From NCBI RefSeq assembly GCF_009914755.1, contig NC_060927.1: a stretch of 64,000 bases of DNA. One strand, 5' to 3'. The position numbers and the translations under genes are program-made. This document shows positions 26,655-42,444 of the stretch, in pieces; positions within the stretch are counted from its first letter, which is position 1, and each line of letters starts with the position of its first letter. This stretch comes from the human T2T-CHM13v2.0 reference genome, Homo sapiens. The notes under the pieces were generated by a model. The model searched no databases, was not told the origin of the DNA, and saw nothing but the letters and a program-made list of their open reading frames with translations.

Positions 26655-28587
26655 CTCTAAATAAAAATAATGTGTTTTTTATTGTGTAAACATAGTTTCA
26701 CAATACGCGTAAACTTTGTAACATATGTGGAAACCGTGTAAACATAATTTCAAATAAGACCCTTACTCCCTTGCTTCCAACTAAATTTTCACCCCTAAAA
26801 ATAGCATGAAAATACTTCATAGTTCATGAATCAAGTCAGAGATTAGAAGATAAACTGCGTCCATTTTCAAAAGAACTGAGCACCCAAAGATTCTCTTTAG
26901 CCAGAAGCATGTGATAAATTAGACTCTATTATGTAATTTTAAAAGAAGCTTTTAGAAAATATATTACATTGTGTATCACAGCCCCAGGACATGTTATTTG
27001 ATGGAATATCCTAAATACATATTTAAGTCATGAAAGAGGAACAGCTTTTCTCAAGTAAACAGAGCAGTCTCTAACACCTCATGCATCCAATTACCATAAA
27101 AGAATAAAAAGGGAATGAGAAAATTAAGCAGAAGTCATTATGCTCTCAACTGAGAATTCAAGGTCACAGATAGAATGCTACCCTACTTTGAAGGGGAGCA
27201 GCAAGCTGGCTGTCTACTGTGAAGGGCTCCACATTGATAGTCGGGGCATCTTTAATATGGATAAGGCCCTCACGAGTTTATTGAATGCAAATCATTACTT
27301 AAATCTAGTGAAGATATCTAATTTCTGTATAAAAGTTGCACATTTTTTAGGGCCAAAAGAGATCATGTTATACAAATAAACAACTATGCAAGAACAAATG
27401 CTAGGTGGTATATGTAATAAGGTAAAATCCCAACCAAATTGTATTTTTGATACATGATATCAGTCTGACATTAAATTCAATATGCATTACATAATCAGAT
27501 TTCTTTAACACCAACATTCCTTTATTGCTTTTCTCAATCTTAGCAATAAGTAAGTATCTAACAGCGTATAAAGAAGCCACATCAAGAATATTCACTTCCT
27601 TGATGGAAAAGCTTGGTGTTTATAAAAAATGACAAATTAACAGTCAGAGTGAGCTAGCAAATGGAAGGCTTAGGATACAGAAGTGATATAGTATGGGGGT
27701 TTCATATAAGAGAAGACCTCCTGTTCCCAATGTTTATTCCTACTATTATAACTGATTTCAAATTTCACATTTGGGAATTAATCAGAATCTCAATAGATCA
27801 ATGATCTCCAAAAATTATTTATTAAGCTGTGATGAATCTTAGAGTAATATCTGAGAACAAGGAGGATAACAAGCTAAGAAAATGGTGCTATTGGAGTGAT
27901 ACAGAGCATACGTGGCTAAAAGGAATGGGGTAACAGGAGAGCCACCCTAAAATAATGTGTGGACTTCTAAACTTTGCCTAGAGCTGCCTCTGAAGATATG
28001 AGGCTGTTTTTGAATGTGGCTTATACAGAGAGTGCAAAGTTGACTTAATCACATGAATGCTGTTAGATAAGGACATTCTAGGAAGAGAGGAGAAAAAAGT
28101 CCGTGTGAATGTTTAAAAATTAAGAAAAGACAAAACATGCTGCTAAATTGCATCCATATCTTATCTTCTTATTTACATATTAAAGTCTTAGAGAATTTTC
28201 CTTCTTGATGAATTACTTAGGCTGAAAATATAAGAAAATAGACACTAAAGCAGAAATGACCAAGGTATGTTCTTAGCTATAAAAGAGCTTGAACCTTTAT
28301 ATGAATAAAGAAAATAGTTATTACTTTCTTCTAAAAAACGGTAAGATATCTCTCTCCAAAAATTTTTTATTCCTACCCACTTTTCTTTGCAATTGTAGCC
28401 TATCTGTAATGGAAACAAGTATACCTGTAGGATACCTGTAGGCAGAGAAGATACTTCTATACAGCACACATTATCTCATTTGAGTGTCAAAAGCATCACT
28501 GAAAATGAGCACCCCATAGCATCCAAGCAAAAAACATCTCTAAAAGGTTAAATGTTTTGCCTAAGGTCATTTAATTCCTAAGTAAAA

Positions 28588-28592
<5 letters not shown>

Positions 28593-28644
<52 letters not shown>

Positions 28645-28698
28645 GTGCATGGTCACACACACACACAGACACACACACACACATACACACACACACAG
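28593..28698. repeat. Perfect (TA)25 followed by (CA)n, embedded in a degenerate minus-strand MIR (about 28470-28725)
   Basis: TA run 28593-28642; MIR-like flanks 'aggttaaatgttttgcctaaggtcat' and 'gattagaactcaagtct'. Confidence 0.85.
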
Positions 28699-29775
28699 AT
28701 TAGAACTCAAGTCTTGTCTTTCATATCTGTTCCTTTTCTTCTAGTCTGACCCATCACATAATATCATCTTATTCTTACCAACTGAGACTCCTTTTGCCAC
28801 CACCCAGTGGAGATTTCTCCATCTCCTCTTGTAATAACATTTATTGGCTCTTTCTGCAGCCCCAAGCTATCTGTAGCCCAAGTTCTTTTTCCTATTCAAG
28901 CGGTGAACCAATCATTATGAAGCAAGAACTAATAGAAAAATAGATAAAAATCCCACTTACTTTCACTGCCCTCATATGCTGCTCGACCTTTACCCGACTA
29001 ATTCATAGGAAAGGCTATAATAAATAAAGAATAATTTCTACAAACAAAAGATTGCAACTAAAGGAAAGGAAAAATTTTGGTTTAGGAATCACTCTGGAAG
29101 TTGACTTTTCTAAAATCTGTATAAACTTTTAAACTATTAAAATTCTTATTCTATTTAACTGGTTATTTAAAATCTATTCAACCATTGGAATAACAAGATA
29201 CTGCTCAGGGCCACTAAAGGTGAAATCAGAATATTCATTAAGGGCCATGTACCTAAAAATATTTGCAATAGACTTGAGTTTAGGCTCACTTGTTTGATGG
29301 CCCCAGTTATTTGCACTGAATTCTGCCAAACTCTCTTTCCCCTCACTTCAGGACAGCACTTGTTCATATAATTAATCTTTTAAGTGCCTGAGAAGATCAT
29401 GATATAGTCTTTCCCACAGCATTTGGACAATGTCTACATGTTTGGTTTCATTGCTTCTTCCTTTCTTAAAAAATAAAGTTTGTTAGTTGATTCCAGTACA
29501 TCAGAAATAAAAGAAAGAAGTGGTGTAGCTCACTAATATTTGGAGGTTAGTAAGCTTGAGCTGCAGGTTGATCCTCTTTCCTGAAGAAGAATATCTGGGC
29601 CATACAAAGAGGTGAAGTTGTGAATTAATTTTGAGTTGCTGGATACATCCAAGACAAGTTGATCACAAAAAAATTAACAAAAAAGAACAAAATCTCCAGT
29701 TATTCAATGGGTATTACTTAGTGCTGTGATATTTCTTATTATCAGAGGATAATGTACATGTGCGTGCATGCTCTC

Positions 29776-29799
29776 ACACACACACACACACACACACAC
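29776..29799. repeat. (CA)n microsatellite
   Basis: Visible directly. Confidence 0.85.
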
Positions 29800-32340
29800 C
29801 CTGGATAATGTATTACTATAAACAGCTTGCAGATAATAGTATATTAGTCTTTGAAAAGCACATTACTAAAATGCTGATTTTATAACAGAAGCACTTGCCT
29901 CTACAGTTTCTTAGACTGCCTCTGCTGTTTCTAGATTATTTTGTTATTTGTTTTATTTTCACCCTCCTCCCTATAAATGAAAAATTTAAAAGCCTCATCT
30001 TTTAACTTATCTAAAAGTAAAATGAAACAAACATGAGAAAAAAAATCAAAATCCATTAATATTAGGTTGGCCTCAATTTTTTTTGTTTATAAAGTGGGTT
30101 CTTCAACTCAATGGTAAACTTTTTCTACGCCAAAGTGTGCTTGCTTTTTCTCTCTTCTCAATGTACCACAACACTGAGTCCTGGAGTAGGAAAAGTTTAA
30201 ATACCGAAAAAATATTTCACAAAAAGACAAAACAATAACAACAAAAATAATAACAATCCAATGACTTTACATCTTATAATGACTCCTTTTCTTTTAGCTA
30301 TTTTTAAATCTGAAAATTAAAGCTGTATCGCTTCCTAAAATATTGAACTGGACAAGACACTAGAGTAGAAAACAAAATAGTTCAAACTTTTATCCTTTTG
30401 TAGTCTAGGTCAGAACTACTATTATTATACTATTTAGGGCAGAACTTCTTCTTATAAATCACTGAGGAAAAATCTCTCTCAGACCAAATATTAATAATTA
30501 ATTAAGAATTGGCTAGCTCTATTGAAGAATGGAATCAGGCACTTTGAAGTTATAAAGAAAGTTACTAGAACAAACTCTTTCAGTATGCATTGAAGTAGAA
30601 GCAAGAAAGAATGAAAGAGCAAATGTTTCTTAACGTGTGTGGAGGCCTGCCTGTCTTTCTGCAGGGCAGATATGAGAGTCTGAAGGTCTGCACAATGTCA
30701 TGAGAGAGCAACAGTCAATCAAGTGAAAGTGCATTATCTCGGAGATATTCTGCTGTTGGATAACCATACTAAAATCTGCCAATACTTCTAGTACTAGTCT
30801 ATTATTTTAAGGGCATCAACTGGTCCTGAATATATACTGATGAAGAATATGTGGGCTGACATTTTAAAATACAGGCAGAAGAGCTGTGCTATAATCTTAA
30901 ATGATACCCAGCACCTATAGGGATTCTTCTAAATGCCATTGGAATTATAGTTCTCAACACTCTGATTGAAATTCAAGAGGAAGGGCCATCTAAATATTCT
31001 CACCAAACTAGCTCATTTCAAAAGATCCCTTAAAGCCACAACTCAATCTGTGAAATGGGAAAGCAAATCGTATTTAATCTCATTTTCCTGTAATTTCATT
31101 TGGAGCCCCTCATACCATTTTTATTGGCATGTCTATTCAAGCTGAGCCTCTTCTGCCAAATGCACCAAGCCCTCATTATCAGAGAGATAATAAAAATTCA
31201 TAGAATAATTTCAATATTACCTGATATTTGTTTAGGATTTTTTTAAAAAAATATTTCACCCACATTTTTAACTGGCATTAACTTCAACAACACAACATGT
31301 TTTTATTGTCTTCATTTTACAGAAAAAAAATTAAGATTTTGATAAATTAGACAATTAAACCAAGATAATTGAGTTACCTATAACTGCCATCTCACTCCCT
31401 GATTCATGTAGAGAATCTCCTCGGTATTTTTTTTTTTATTAGTTCATTTATTGGCAAAGGAGCCCCCTAGATAAATAATAATGTATCCACCAGACATGAT
31501 AGACCTAAGTATGTGCAAATTGCTTTTATTCTTCTTGGGAATTGTTAAGAATGACTCTATTTAAAGCAATTCAAATTGTGTTACAAAGTCACCAAAAAGA
31601 CACACATTAAAGAGGAGCACACAAGTAAAGAGTGTTTGGGAAAGACATACAGAACTGCTCACATTTTATAAGGATAGCAGGAAGCTGCTGATGGCACCTC
31701 CAGTTCAACAGCAAGCCTGGGCTTGTGGACATTTTCACTGGATAAGCAAAGGGAATATAATTTGCAGCAATATTAAGCATTCATTTAGTTCCTCTTGGGA
31801 ATAAACATTTTGTAATAGCAGAAAACTGTTTTAAGAAGATTCTCGTTTTAGACTATCATAAGGTTTGTAAGGTATTACAGAAGAGAATTAAGTAGAACTA
31901 ATCCTCATCCCACCACCTCCTTATCTGAGCTTTAACTTAGGGGCATATACTTATCTCAAGCAAATCAAACATTTCCCACAGACCTTGTTGAAGGTCTACT
32001 TTGCTCAGACATCTTACATTGAAAGCAGAGTCAACATGATAACATGTTTCAACGTCTGAGCATCATAGTCACAACAATACCGTGCTGGGAATTATCTTAA
32101 TCCCCTCAAATAATTTTTTAAAAAGTATCACTGTCTTCTAAGCAAATGTTTTACAATGCAAATATTATTCCATTAACATTAAATTTTCCAGAATTCATAA
32201 AGATTGCATAGTAACTACAGGCGGAGCAAACTGAATGCATATGGTTTCAGGTCTTTTTGAGTAGAATTGTGTTCAGAATTGAGTGTCGAGGCCTATACTT
32301 CAGTTAATTTCAGCTAGATAAATTTGCATACATAAAAAAT

Positions 32341-32672
32341 AGGCACAGTGGCTGACACCTGTGTTCCCAGCACTTTAGAAGGCCAGGGTAGGAGGCTGGC
32401 TTGAGCCCCGAAGTTTGAGACCACCTGGGCAACATAGCGAGATCCCATCTCTATAAAAAAATTAAAAATTAGCTGGGTGTGGTGGAGTGTGCCTGCAGTC
32501 CCACTTACTTGGAAAGCTGAGGTGGGAGGATAGCATGGATGTGGGAGGTGAAGGCTGCAGTGAGCTGTGAACCTGCCACTACTCCCCAGCCTGGGAGACA
32601 GAGTAAGACCCTGTCTCAAAATAGTAATAATAATAATAATAATAATAATCTTCATCATCATCATCATCATCA
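32341..32672 (+). mobile_element. AluJ with (AAT)n(CAT)n tail
   Basis: J-type features 'gcttgagcccc', 'ggcaacatagcgag', 'gaaggctgcagtgagctgtga', 'gaccctgtctc'. Confidence 0.9.
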
Positions 32673-34370
32673 CCACATTTCCAAGTATAATATTGAACCA
32701 TGAACTACATAGTGAATAATAATCCATGATATATATTAGAGACGGTGATGGAACACTATAAGTCTCTTTTCTGAGTACTTATCATGTTTTAATTACTGCC
32801 TGGCTTCAATAAAAAACACCAAGTTATGTTCTTGCTGGTTCACAGTTATATTTTGAATCCTAAGCAATAAGTGGGACACATGATCATTACATAATTCCTG
32901 GTTGATAGATGATTAAAAAATTGAAATATGAAAGACTAAAACAAAAGAGAAACACAAGCAGTCTTCTCTTCTCCAAGTCCTGTGGCAGACAAAGTCTTGC
33001 ACATTCCCCTGTACCACGACTAATAGATCACACTACTACTAACTTGGAAATAATGAATCTTTTATATAGCTTTGCTGTCTACTTATTTAAAAAATCCAAA
33101 TTCCTTAATACCAAGAGATGAGATAATTATTAAGTATAATGTATAACTCACTGATCATGAATTAGATGTTCCACTATGAAGTCTTTCTAATAATAATTAG
33201 ATGGCCTTGGATATCATACTTTAATAGGAATATGTGTCTATTTAGAAGTCTAATGTTTGCCTTTATTATTTAATTACTCATGAATTTTATACCTGGCAAT
33301 TTTACTAATCCAGTGGATATTCTAGAGAAACTGGCTGCCCATGTGAGAGGAGACTAGCCAGTTACAAATAGCGGGTTTTATTTAACCTACTTCCCCTATC
33401 AAAACAAAAACAAAAACAAAAATAAAAATAAAAACCCACAAACTTAATATTTCACTTTTCATTTTTAAATATAGGCATTTATGGATTATTTTTAAAAATG
33501 ATAAAACAGTTTATCTTGTAACACTAGTCTTGAATTATAATGTGGGGGACAATCATTTGGACATGAGTTTTGGGCTTATCCTTTTGTGTCTATGCTCTAA
33601 TATCTCTGCAATCCATCTGATTTCCTTTATCTTATTTACTGCCTTCCTCTTGCAGCCATGTGACTTTATTATCTCAACACATAAATAACACTAATAGGAG
33701 TTCAAGAGTTGACTTTCAGGTTTAATTGGGTAGAAAAAGTTTCCTAATAAAAATTAACTAATGGTAAATCTTCTTGAGTTAACTTTGAGTATATATAAAG
33801 CAGATTTTTTATGCAAAAAAATAAAAGAGCTTGGTAAATATGTTCTAGGGAACAGTAAGTATAAATACTCATTATAAGCTTTCTACAGAATTCATTTGTA
33901 TAGCCAAAGAAATATTCCAAATATCTGGCCTTCTTTATATTGGATGAATTTGTTAAATATTTAATGTTACTTAGATATGATATTTTAAAATTTATTTAAA
34001 CAGAATGTATGTTTCACACAGCCTTATCTCTAGAAAATATAATTTAGAAAAAATGTTTTTAAAATTTCCATATAATGGCTTACTTCACAACATACATATT
34101 TATATACTTAAATCATAGTTATTAAGAAGCTCAGAAGCAATTTAGTTTGAAACAGAGATTGCTTCAATAATATTCTGGTATTGACAGTAGTTATCTCTCT
34201 TGTTTTAATATGTACATATACATATACATACACACATACATAGAAAATACCATTTCATACTTTGACTATGTAAATAATATGGGGAGTTTACAAAATATAG
34301 TTTTTGCATAAAGAATCAAAAGCCACAGAAGCTTTCTAAATCTTTCGCATAAAATTTTTCAACTCAGTAT

Positions 34371-34671
34371 TGCTGTAGTCTGAATGTATGTGTCCCCCAA
34401 AGAATTATATGTTGAAACCTAATCCTCATGGTGATGATATTAAGAGGCAGGGCTTTTGGAGACAACTAGATCATGAGTGCAGAGCAGTAGTGAATGGAAT
34501 TGGTACCTTTATTAGAAAGGCTCAAGGAACTAAGTCCTCATCAGACAATGAATCTGCTGTTGCCTTTATCTTGAACTTCCCAGCCTTCAAATTGTAGGAA
34601 ATAAATTTCTGTTGTTTATGAGTTACTCCCTCTATAGGATTTTGCTATAACATCCTGAATAAATGAAAACT
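34371..34671 (+). mobile_element. MLT1A-like solo LTR with internal deletion
   Basis: 'tgctgtagtctgaatgtatgtgtccccc...'; 5-bp TSD AGTAT at 34366-34370 and 34672-34676. Confidence 0.85.
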
Positions 34672-34750
34672 AGTATTATTGAAGTAGTTTAGACGTTCAG
34701 GAAATACTGATATAATTTTAATGATATTATTTTACCCATGAATAAATCTT

Positions 34751-36152
<1,402 letters not shown>

Positions 36153-37229
36153 TAAATCTTAAATAATTCAACTACTCTCTTGAGACGAAGCACATCTAAA
36201 ACAAATTCCGATAGATATTGAAAAAATAAAAATATAAAACGCAAAAGAGATGTGAATAATGTCTACACACCCAGTGAATCCCCTCTTTTGCTCCAAACCC
36301 CCTCCTCTATATCCATCGTCTGAAGTTCAGAAAGAGGATAAAAAGGCTGAATGAGGATAGGTAAACCATCTTATACAAGCCTGGTATCCACATTTTAATA
36401 GCTTTGTAAATAAAGGATGACCTCCAATATACTCATGGGGATGTCACGGTTTCAGGTTCCCATCCTTTTGTATCACCTTTAGAGTTTCTATTGGATACAA
36501 AAAAATCTAGAGGACTGCGATGGTACAAACATATCATTTTCCCTTAATCACGTTAGAGGCAACACATCTTCTTATGACAATTTTTAATGGGTAGTGCAAT
36601 TTGATAATATTCTTCCTGTGTCTGCATAATGCACTCTATTGCTTTGCTAAATTGAGTTTGACATTTGCTTTATTTGTCTGAGTTATATGTTCATGATAAC
36701 CGCTTAGCATGTTTCAGTCAAAGTATTATCTTTCATAGAAGTTTTATGAAGCTAACCATACACATTTTGAAAGCGCACTAGAGAGAAAAGCAAATTTTCT
36801 GTAATGATAAATCTGATAAAATATGTAATGCAAAATGAATTAAGAAGTAACAGACATTCACATGAAACTTGTGGATAAATTCGGGCTCCTATATCCACAC
36901 TATAAGGAGATTTAAAATAAGCCGGCATTTTATCACTGTAATTGCAAACTATGCTGTTTGGTTTGTGGCATATTCTTAGATTGTTGTAAAATACTGTTAT
37001 TCAATTTATGTTTTACAACTGCTAACTTGTAAAAAATAGAGAAATGCAAGATAATTTCTACATAATAAAATGAAAATGAAACAGTGATAGGAAGTTAGAA
37101 TATTATTAACTTTAAATTTGCCTTCATATACGAATGTGTGAAAAAAAAGCTGAGCTGACATGCATTTTGCAAGATAAATAGAAATGGAACACGAATATGA
37201 GACATTGTCTGATAATTTATCTTACCTTG

Positions 37230-38016
37230 GCCCACCTCCCTGTTCCTATACTACTATCAGACTTCAGTCCATTGCTACTTATTACCTGAGATATTTTAAT
37301 AGCTTTTTAAATGATCTCATTTCCAGTCACTTCCTGTCTCAGTTTGCTTCACAGACTACTGTTAGGCTCAACATCCTGAACTGCATTTGTGTTCATGACT
37401 CATTTCAGCTCCCCAACACTAGGAGCTTTACTTTCCAACAGTCTGAAGTTTAAATCTTTAGACTGAATCAAGTATTTTAATACTCTGATTTAAATCTATT
37501 TGTTCAAAAATATTACCAAACATTTCAAGGTCTCCTCTTTTCAAACAAATCAAACTAATCACTATAAAGTAATTACTCTTCCATTCATTACTGGAATGGC
37601 TTTCTCTCCTCCATGACATGTGTAAGTCCCAACTGTCTCTTACAGACTATTTAAAGTACCACTCACCTCTTAAATGTTCCCAGAATTTACATCTCTTCTG
37701 GAAGCAAACTTTTCCTACTGTAAATAGAGGTAGGACTCTGTCTGCCACTATTGGATAAAAATGTTCTTCCTTGAAATACTTATGAAGTAATTAACCATGA
37801 GAGTGTTTGTTTAAACATATTTTTGAATGTACACAAACACAAATATATTTATTCATTCATCTAGCAGAATACCTTTCTAATTAGGTACATAGTCAAGTAT
37901 ACTTTTCTTCTCTCTTTTTTCACTGCTGTATAGTCCATGACTGTTTATCACTGCAATTTCCTTAGCATCTAATCTAGTATCTTCTACACACTGAATCCTC
38001 AATAAATATTGGTTCA
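37230..38016 (+). mobile_element. Degenerate L2 fragments
   Basis: 'ttacctgagatattttaatagctttttaaatgatctc' and terminal 'ctcaataaatattggttcaa'. Confidence 0.45.
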
Positions 38017-38499
38017 AGTAGCATGTGGTCTACTTTCAGCCCTTTATTTCTTTAAAAATGTTCACATTAATTATACCAAATATTGTTTTATTATGGTTCA
38101 TATTATGAAAATGTCCAGTGTCCTGGCTATACTGTAATGCACAAATGGAAATAATTTCACTTCCCAGGATCAAAGAACCATTTCAAGTATTCATAATTAT
38201 TTTCTTAGCTTTGCTAACCATAATAAATAAATATTTTCAAAGAAGAAATTAAGTGTACTCTTTTTTATCAAAAGAGAATATATCAAAGCTGAAACTGTCA
38301 TAAGTACCTAACAATGGAAGTTATTGTTTCTTTTATTATACTTAGCATGGGAGCAGCTCCTCCATGTTTATATTCGATAGCTTTGCATTGAACTACCCAG
38401 TTAGCCTTACATACAGTTATAAATGGACTGCAATCATTAACCCAATATCTAAAATTATTACACTCAAAGATATATGTAATCAAATAAAAAACAGATATG

Positions 38500-39195
38500 G
38501 TGGTTCACTAATTATACTTGATTTATTCCAGAATACAGAAGACAAAAACACTTCCCAGATAATTTTATGAGGCTAATATTTATGAAAACAAGACAAAAGT
38601 TAGAAGCAAGCAAGAAGAAAGAGAGAAAAGAAGAAGTAAAAGAAAGAAAGAAAGAAGAAAGAAAGAAAATAAAGAAAGAAGAGGGAGGGAGGAAGGAAGA
38701 AAAGAAAGCAAGAAAAAAGAGACAGAAAGAAAGAATGATAAAAAAAAGGAAAGAAAGAAAGAAAGGAAAGAAAGGAAAGAGTGAGGGAGGGAGGGAAGTA
38801 GGCAAGGAAGGAAGGAAGGAAATAAGTTAAGTCAATATCTCTTCTAAACTTAGACACAAAAATTCTTAACAAAATATAATCAGATTCAAATCAAATCCAA
38901 AATGTATAAAATAATTATACGGCATGACAAAGTGGATTTATTACATTTATGCAAGGAAGTTTCAACATTTGAAAATAAATCATACACTTCACTGCATGAA
39001 CAACCATATCTGTTCATTTAAAAAGAACATTTGACAATATCTAACACAAATTTATAATAAAAAATGCTCAGCAAATGAGGAATTAAGAGGAGCTTCCTGA
39101 CCTTGATAAATAACATCCAGAAAAAACGTATAGCTAATATCATGCATAATGGTGAAGGACAGAATTATTTCCTCCTGATTGAGAACAAGACAAAG
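38500..39195 (+). mobile_element. Old L1 (L1MC/MD-like) ORF2, left part, containing a purine-rich expansion at 38600-38822
   Basis: 'ttttatgaggctaatatt', 'ctcagcaaatgaggaattaagaggagcttcctgaccttgataaa...gagaacaagacaaag'. Confidence 0.7.
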
Positions 39196-40140
39196 CATCA
39201 TACTACCTGATTGCAAAACCTATCATGAAGCTATAGTAATCAAAACAGACTCAGAGTCCACGGGGACAGAAAATTAAGTTCAGAAACAAATTTAAACATT
39301 TATGGTCAATTAATTTTTGATGAACATGCCAGGAACAAAGAAAAAGGAAGGGAGAGACTTTTTCATTAACAGTGCTGGGAAAACTGGATATTCACATGCA
39401 GAATGAAATTACACTCTTATCTCACAATGTATAAATAATCAATCTCAAATTGATTTAGAACATAAACCTATGACCTGAAACTGTAAAACTAATAGAAGGA
39501 AACATAAAAGAAAAGTCATCTGATAAATGCTTTTTTTGGACATGACTTCAAAAGTACAAGGAACAAAGCAAAAATAAACAAATGCGATTACATTATACTA
39601 AAAAGCTCCTGAAAGACGAAGAAAACAATCAACGGAATGAAGAAAAAAACCTACAAACTGAGAGCATATATTTGCAAACCATACATCTGATAAAGGGTTA
39701 CTATCAAAAATACAAAGAAACTAAAATAACTCAAAAATAAGGAGACAAAGGTATTGAAAAATGGCCATTTACGTAATGAATAGACATTTCTCAAAAGAAG
39801 ATAAATGGCCAACAGGTACATAAAAAGAATACTCAATATCACTAATTAGGGGAATTCAAATTAAAGTCATAATGAGATATCCCCTTACAAGTTTTAGAAT
39901 GGCGATGATAAAAAAGATAAAAGATAAATGTTGGTGACAATGCGGAGAAATAATAACTCTTTTATACTGTTGGTGAGAATGTAAATTAGTGCAGCCACTA
40001 TAAAAAATAGCATGGATGTTCCTCAAAAAATTAAAAACAAAGCTACCATATAGTCCAGCAATCCGACTATTGGCTATATATCTAAACATATGAAATCAGT
40101 ATGTTGAAGAGATTTGCACTTTGATGTTTACTGATGTATC
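39196..40140 (+). mobile_element. L1MA-like ORF2 3' segment
   Basis: 'catcatactacctga...gtgctgggaaaactggatattcacatgcaga...catatagtccagcaatcc'. Confidence 0.85.
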
Positions 40141-40369
40141 ATTTGTCCCATCCCCCAAGCTTTTATAACCACCTTTCTACTCTCTATTTCTAACAGATAG
40201 ACTTTTTTTTTTTTTTAAGATTTCACGTAAAAGTAAGATCATACAGTATTTATCTTTTGCTGGCTGGCTTATTTCACTTAGCATAATGTCCCAGGTTTAT
40301 ATATGTTGTCACAAATGGCAGGAATACCTTCCTTTTTAAGGCTGGATGAGATTCCAGTATTTCTATTTC

Positions 40370-40406
<37 letters not shown>

Positions 40407-40409
<3 letters not shown>

Positions 40410-40998
40410 ACCCTTGAACAATGTGGGGGTTAGGACTACTGACCCCCTGCACAGTCAACAAAAAGCTGCATATAATTTTTAACTCTTCCCAAACTTAACT
40501 ACTAATAGTCTACTTTTGACTGGAAGCCTTAATAATAATATAAACTGTTGGTTAGCACATAATTTGTATGTTATATATATTAAATGTTGCATTCTTAAAG
40601 TAACCAAAAGAAGATAAAATATTATTAAGAAAATCATAAGGAAGAGAAACTATATTTACTATTCATTAAGTCAAAAAGGATCATTATCAATGCCTTCATT
40701 CTTGTCTTTGTTTATTTTTATTTGTATTATAACTTCTGGGGTACATGTTCTGGATGTGTAGGTTTGTTAACACAAGTAAACATGTGTCATGGTTGGTTGC
40801 TGCACCTATCAACAAATCACATATGTATTAAGCCCAACATGCATTAGCTATTTTTCTTAATGCTCTCCCTTGAGTAGGCCAAGGAAAAGAAGGAAGAAGA
40901 GAGGTTGGTCTTAGTGTCTCGAGGTGGCAGAGGCAGAAGAAGATCCACATATAAATGGACCCTCACAGTTCAAACCTACATTGTTCAAGAGTCAATTG
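40407..40998. mobile_element. Tigger2a (MER28) DNA transposon
   Basis: Terminal inverted repeats 'tgacccttgaacaa' / 'ttgttcaagagtcaattg' followed by TA; typical internal sequence. Confidence 0.85.
40708..40869 (-). mobile_element. Short L1PA (L1PA8-like) 3' end nested in Tigger2a
   Basis: 'ttctggggtacatgttctggatgtgtaggtttgtt...gctgcacctatcaac...gcattagctattttt'. Confidence 0.8.
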
Positions 40999-42444
40999 TA
41001 TATACCACATTTTATTTACCATTTATCTTTTTGCTCAAGATTGCTTTGGCTGTTTGAGATCTTTTATGATTCCAAACAAATTTTTGCATTTTCTCTATTT
41101 CTGTGCAAAATATCATAGATTGCCTTATTTTTGATATACGGTTGTTCATAGCAGTTTCTTATAATCCTTTCTATTTCAGTGGTAACAGTTATGTGCCTTG
41201 TCTTTTATTTATGATAGAATTTATTAGAGTTCTGTTTTTTTTCCTTGGTCTAGTTAATGTTTTATTGATTTTGTTTGTCTACTCAAAAATTATCAACTCT
41301 TAGTTTTATGATCTTTTCTATGGTTTTTATATTCTCTATTTCTGCTCTTACATTTACTATTCTCTTTATTCTATCAACTTTGAATGTAGTTGGTTCTTCT
41401 TTTTCTAAACTTTCTAGTGTAATCTTACCTTGGTTATTTGAGATTTTTCTTCTTTTCCATGTAGATATTTACATCTCCAAACATCTCCCTTATAACTGCT
41501 GTTGCTACATTTCATAAGCATTGATGTATTGTGTTTTTATTTTCATTTGTCTCAACATACTTTTTATTTTCTCTTTTAATTTTTTATCTGATTAAGGGGT
41601 GTTTAAAAGCATGCTCTTCAATTTCACCATATTTGTGAATTTTCCAAAATTCTTTCAACTATTGATTTAAAGTTTCACATCATTCTGGTTGAAAGTTGCT
41701 TAATGTGATTCTAGTCTTCTTAAATTTGTTATGACTTGTTTGGTAGCTTAACGTGATCTATCCTGAAGAATGTTCTATGTGCACTTAAGAAGAAAGTGTA
41801 TTCTGCTGATGTTGGATGGAATGCTCAGTACATTTCTGTCAGGTCCATTTGTTCTATATCATAGTTCAAGTCCAAAGTTTCTTTCTTAATAGGGACATAG
41901 GGATAATATGTCCATTGCTGAGAGTGATGTATTGAAGTGCCCTACTTTAGACATATTGCAGTCTATCTCTCTTTTTAGATCTATTATTAATTATTTTATA
42001 TGTTTAAATGACTTGATAATTGGTAAATCCATGTTTACAATTGACACGTCTTCTTGAAGAATTGATTTATTTGTCATTATATAATGAATTTTTTTGTCTT
42101 GTTATGCAGCTTTTGGCTAAAAGTCTATTTTATTGAGAGAGAGAGTGCTATCCTCGTATTTTCATAAAATGTAATTGTCTTTTTTTTTACTTTAAATCTT
42201 ATTAAAGATGAAATGAGTCTTTTGTAGGCAGTATATAGTTAGATGTGGTGTTTTTATTCATTCAGCCACTCTATATCTTTTTATTTCAGAATTTAATCTA
42301 TTAACATTCAAGATAATTATTGATAGATAAGGACTTAATTTTGGCATTTCATTAAATACTTTCTGGTTGCTTTGTAGATCCTTTGGCCCTTTCTTCTTTT
42401 GTAATTAAATGATTTTCTCTAGAGGTATGCCTTGATTATACATG

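Noticed and set aside
38512-38872. K/E/R-rich and F/S/L-rich ORFs
   Set aside because: Purine-rich low-complexity tract.
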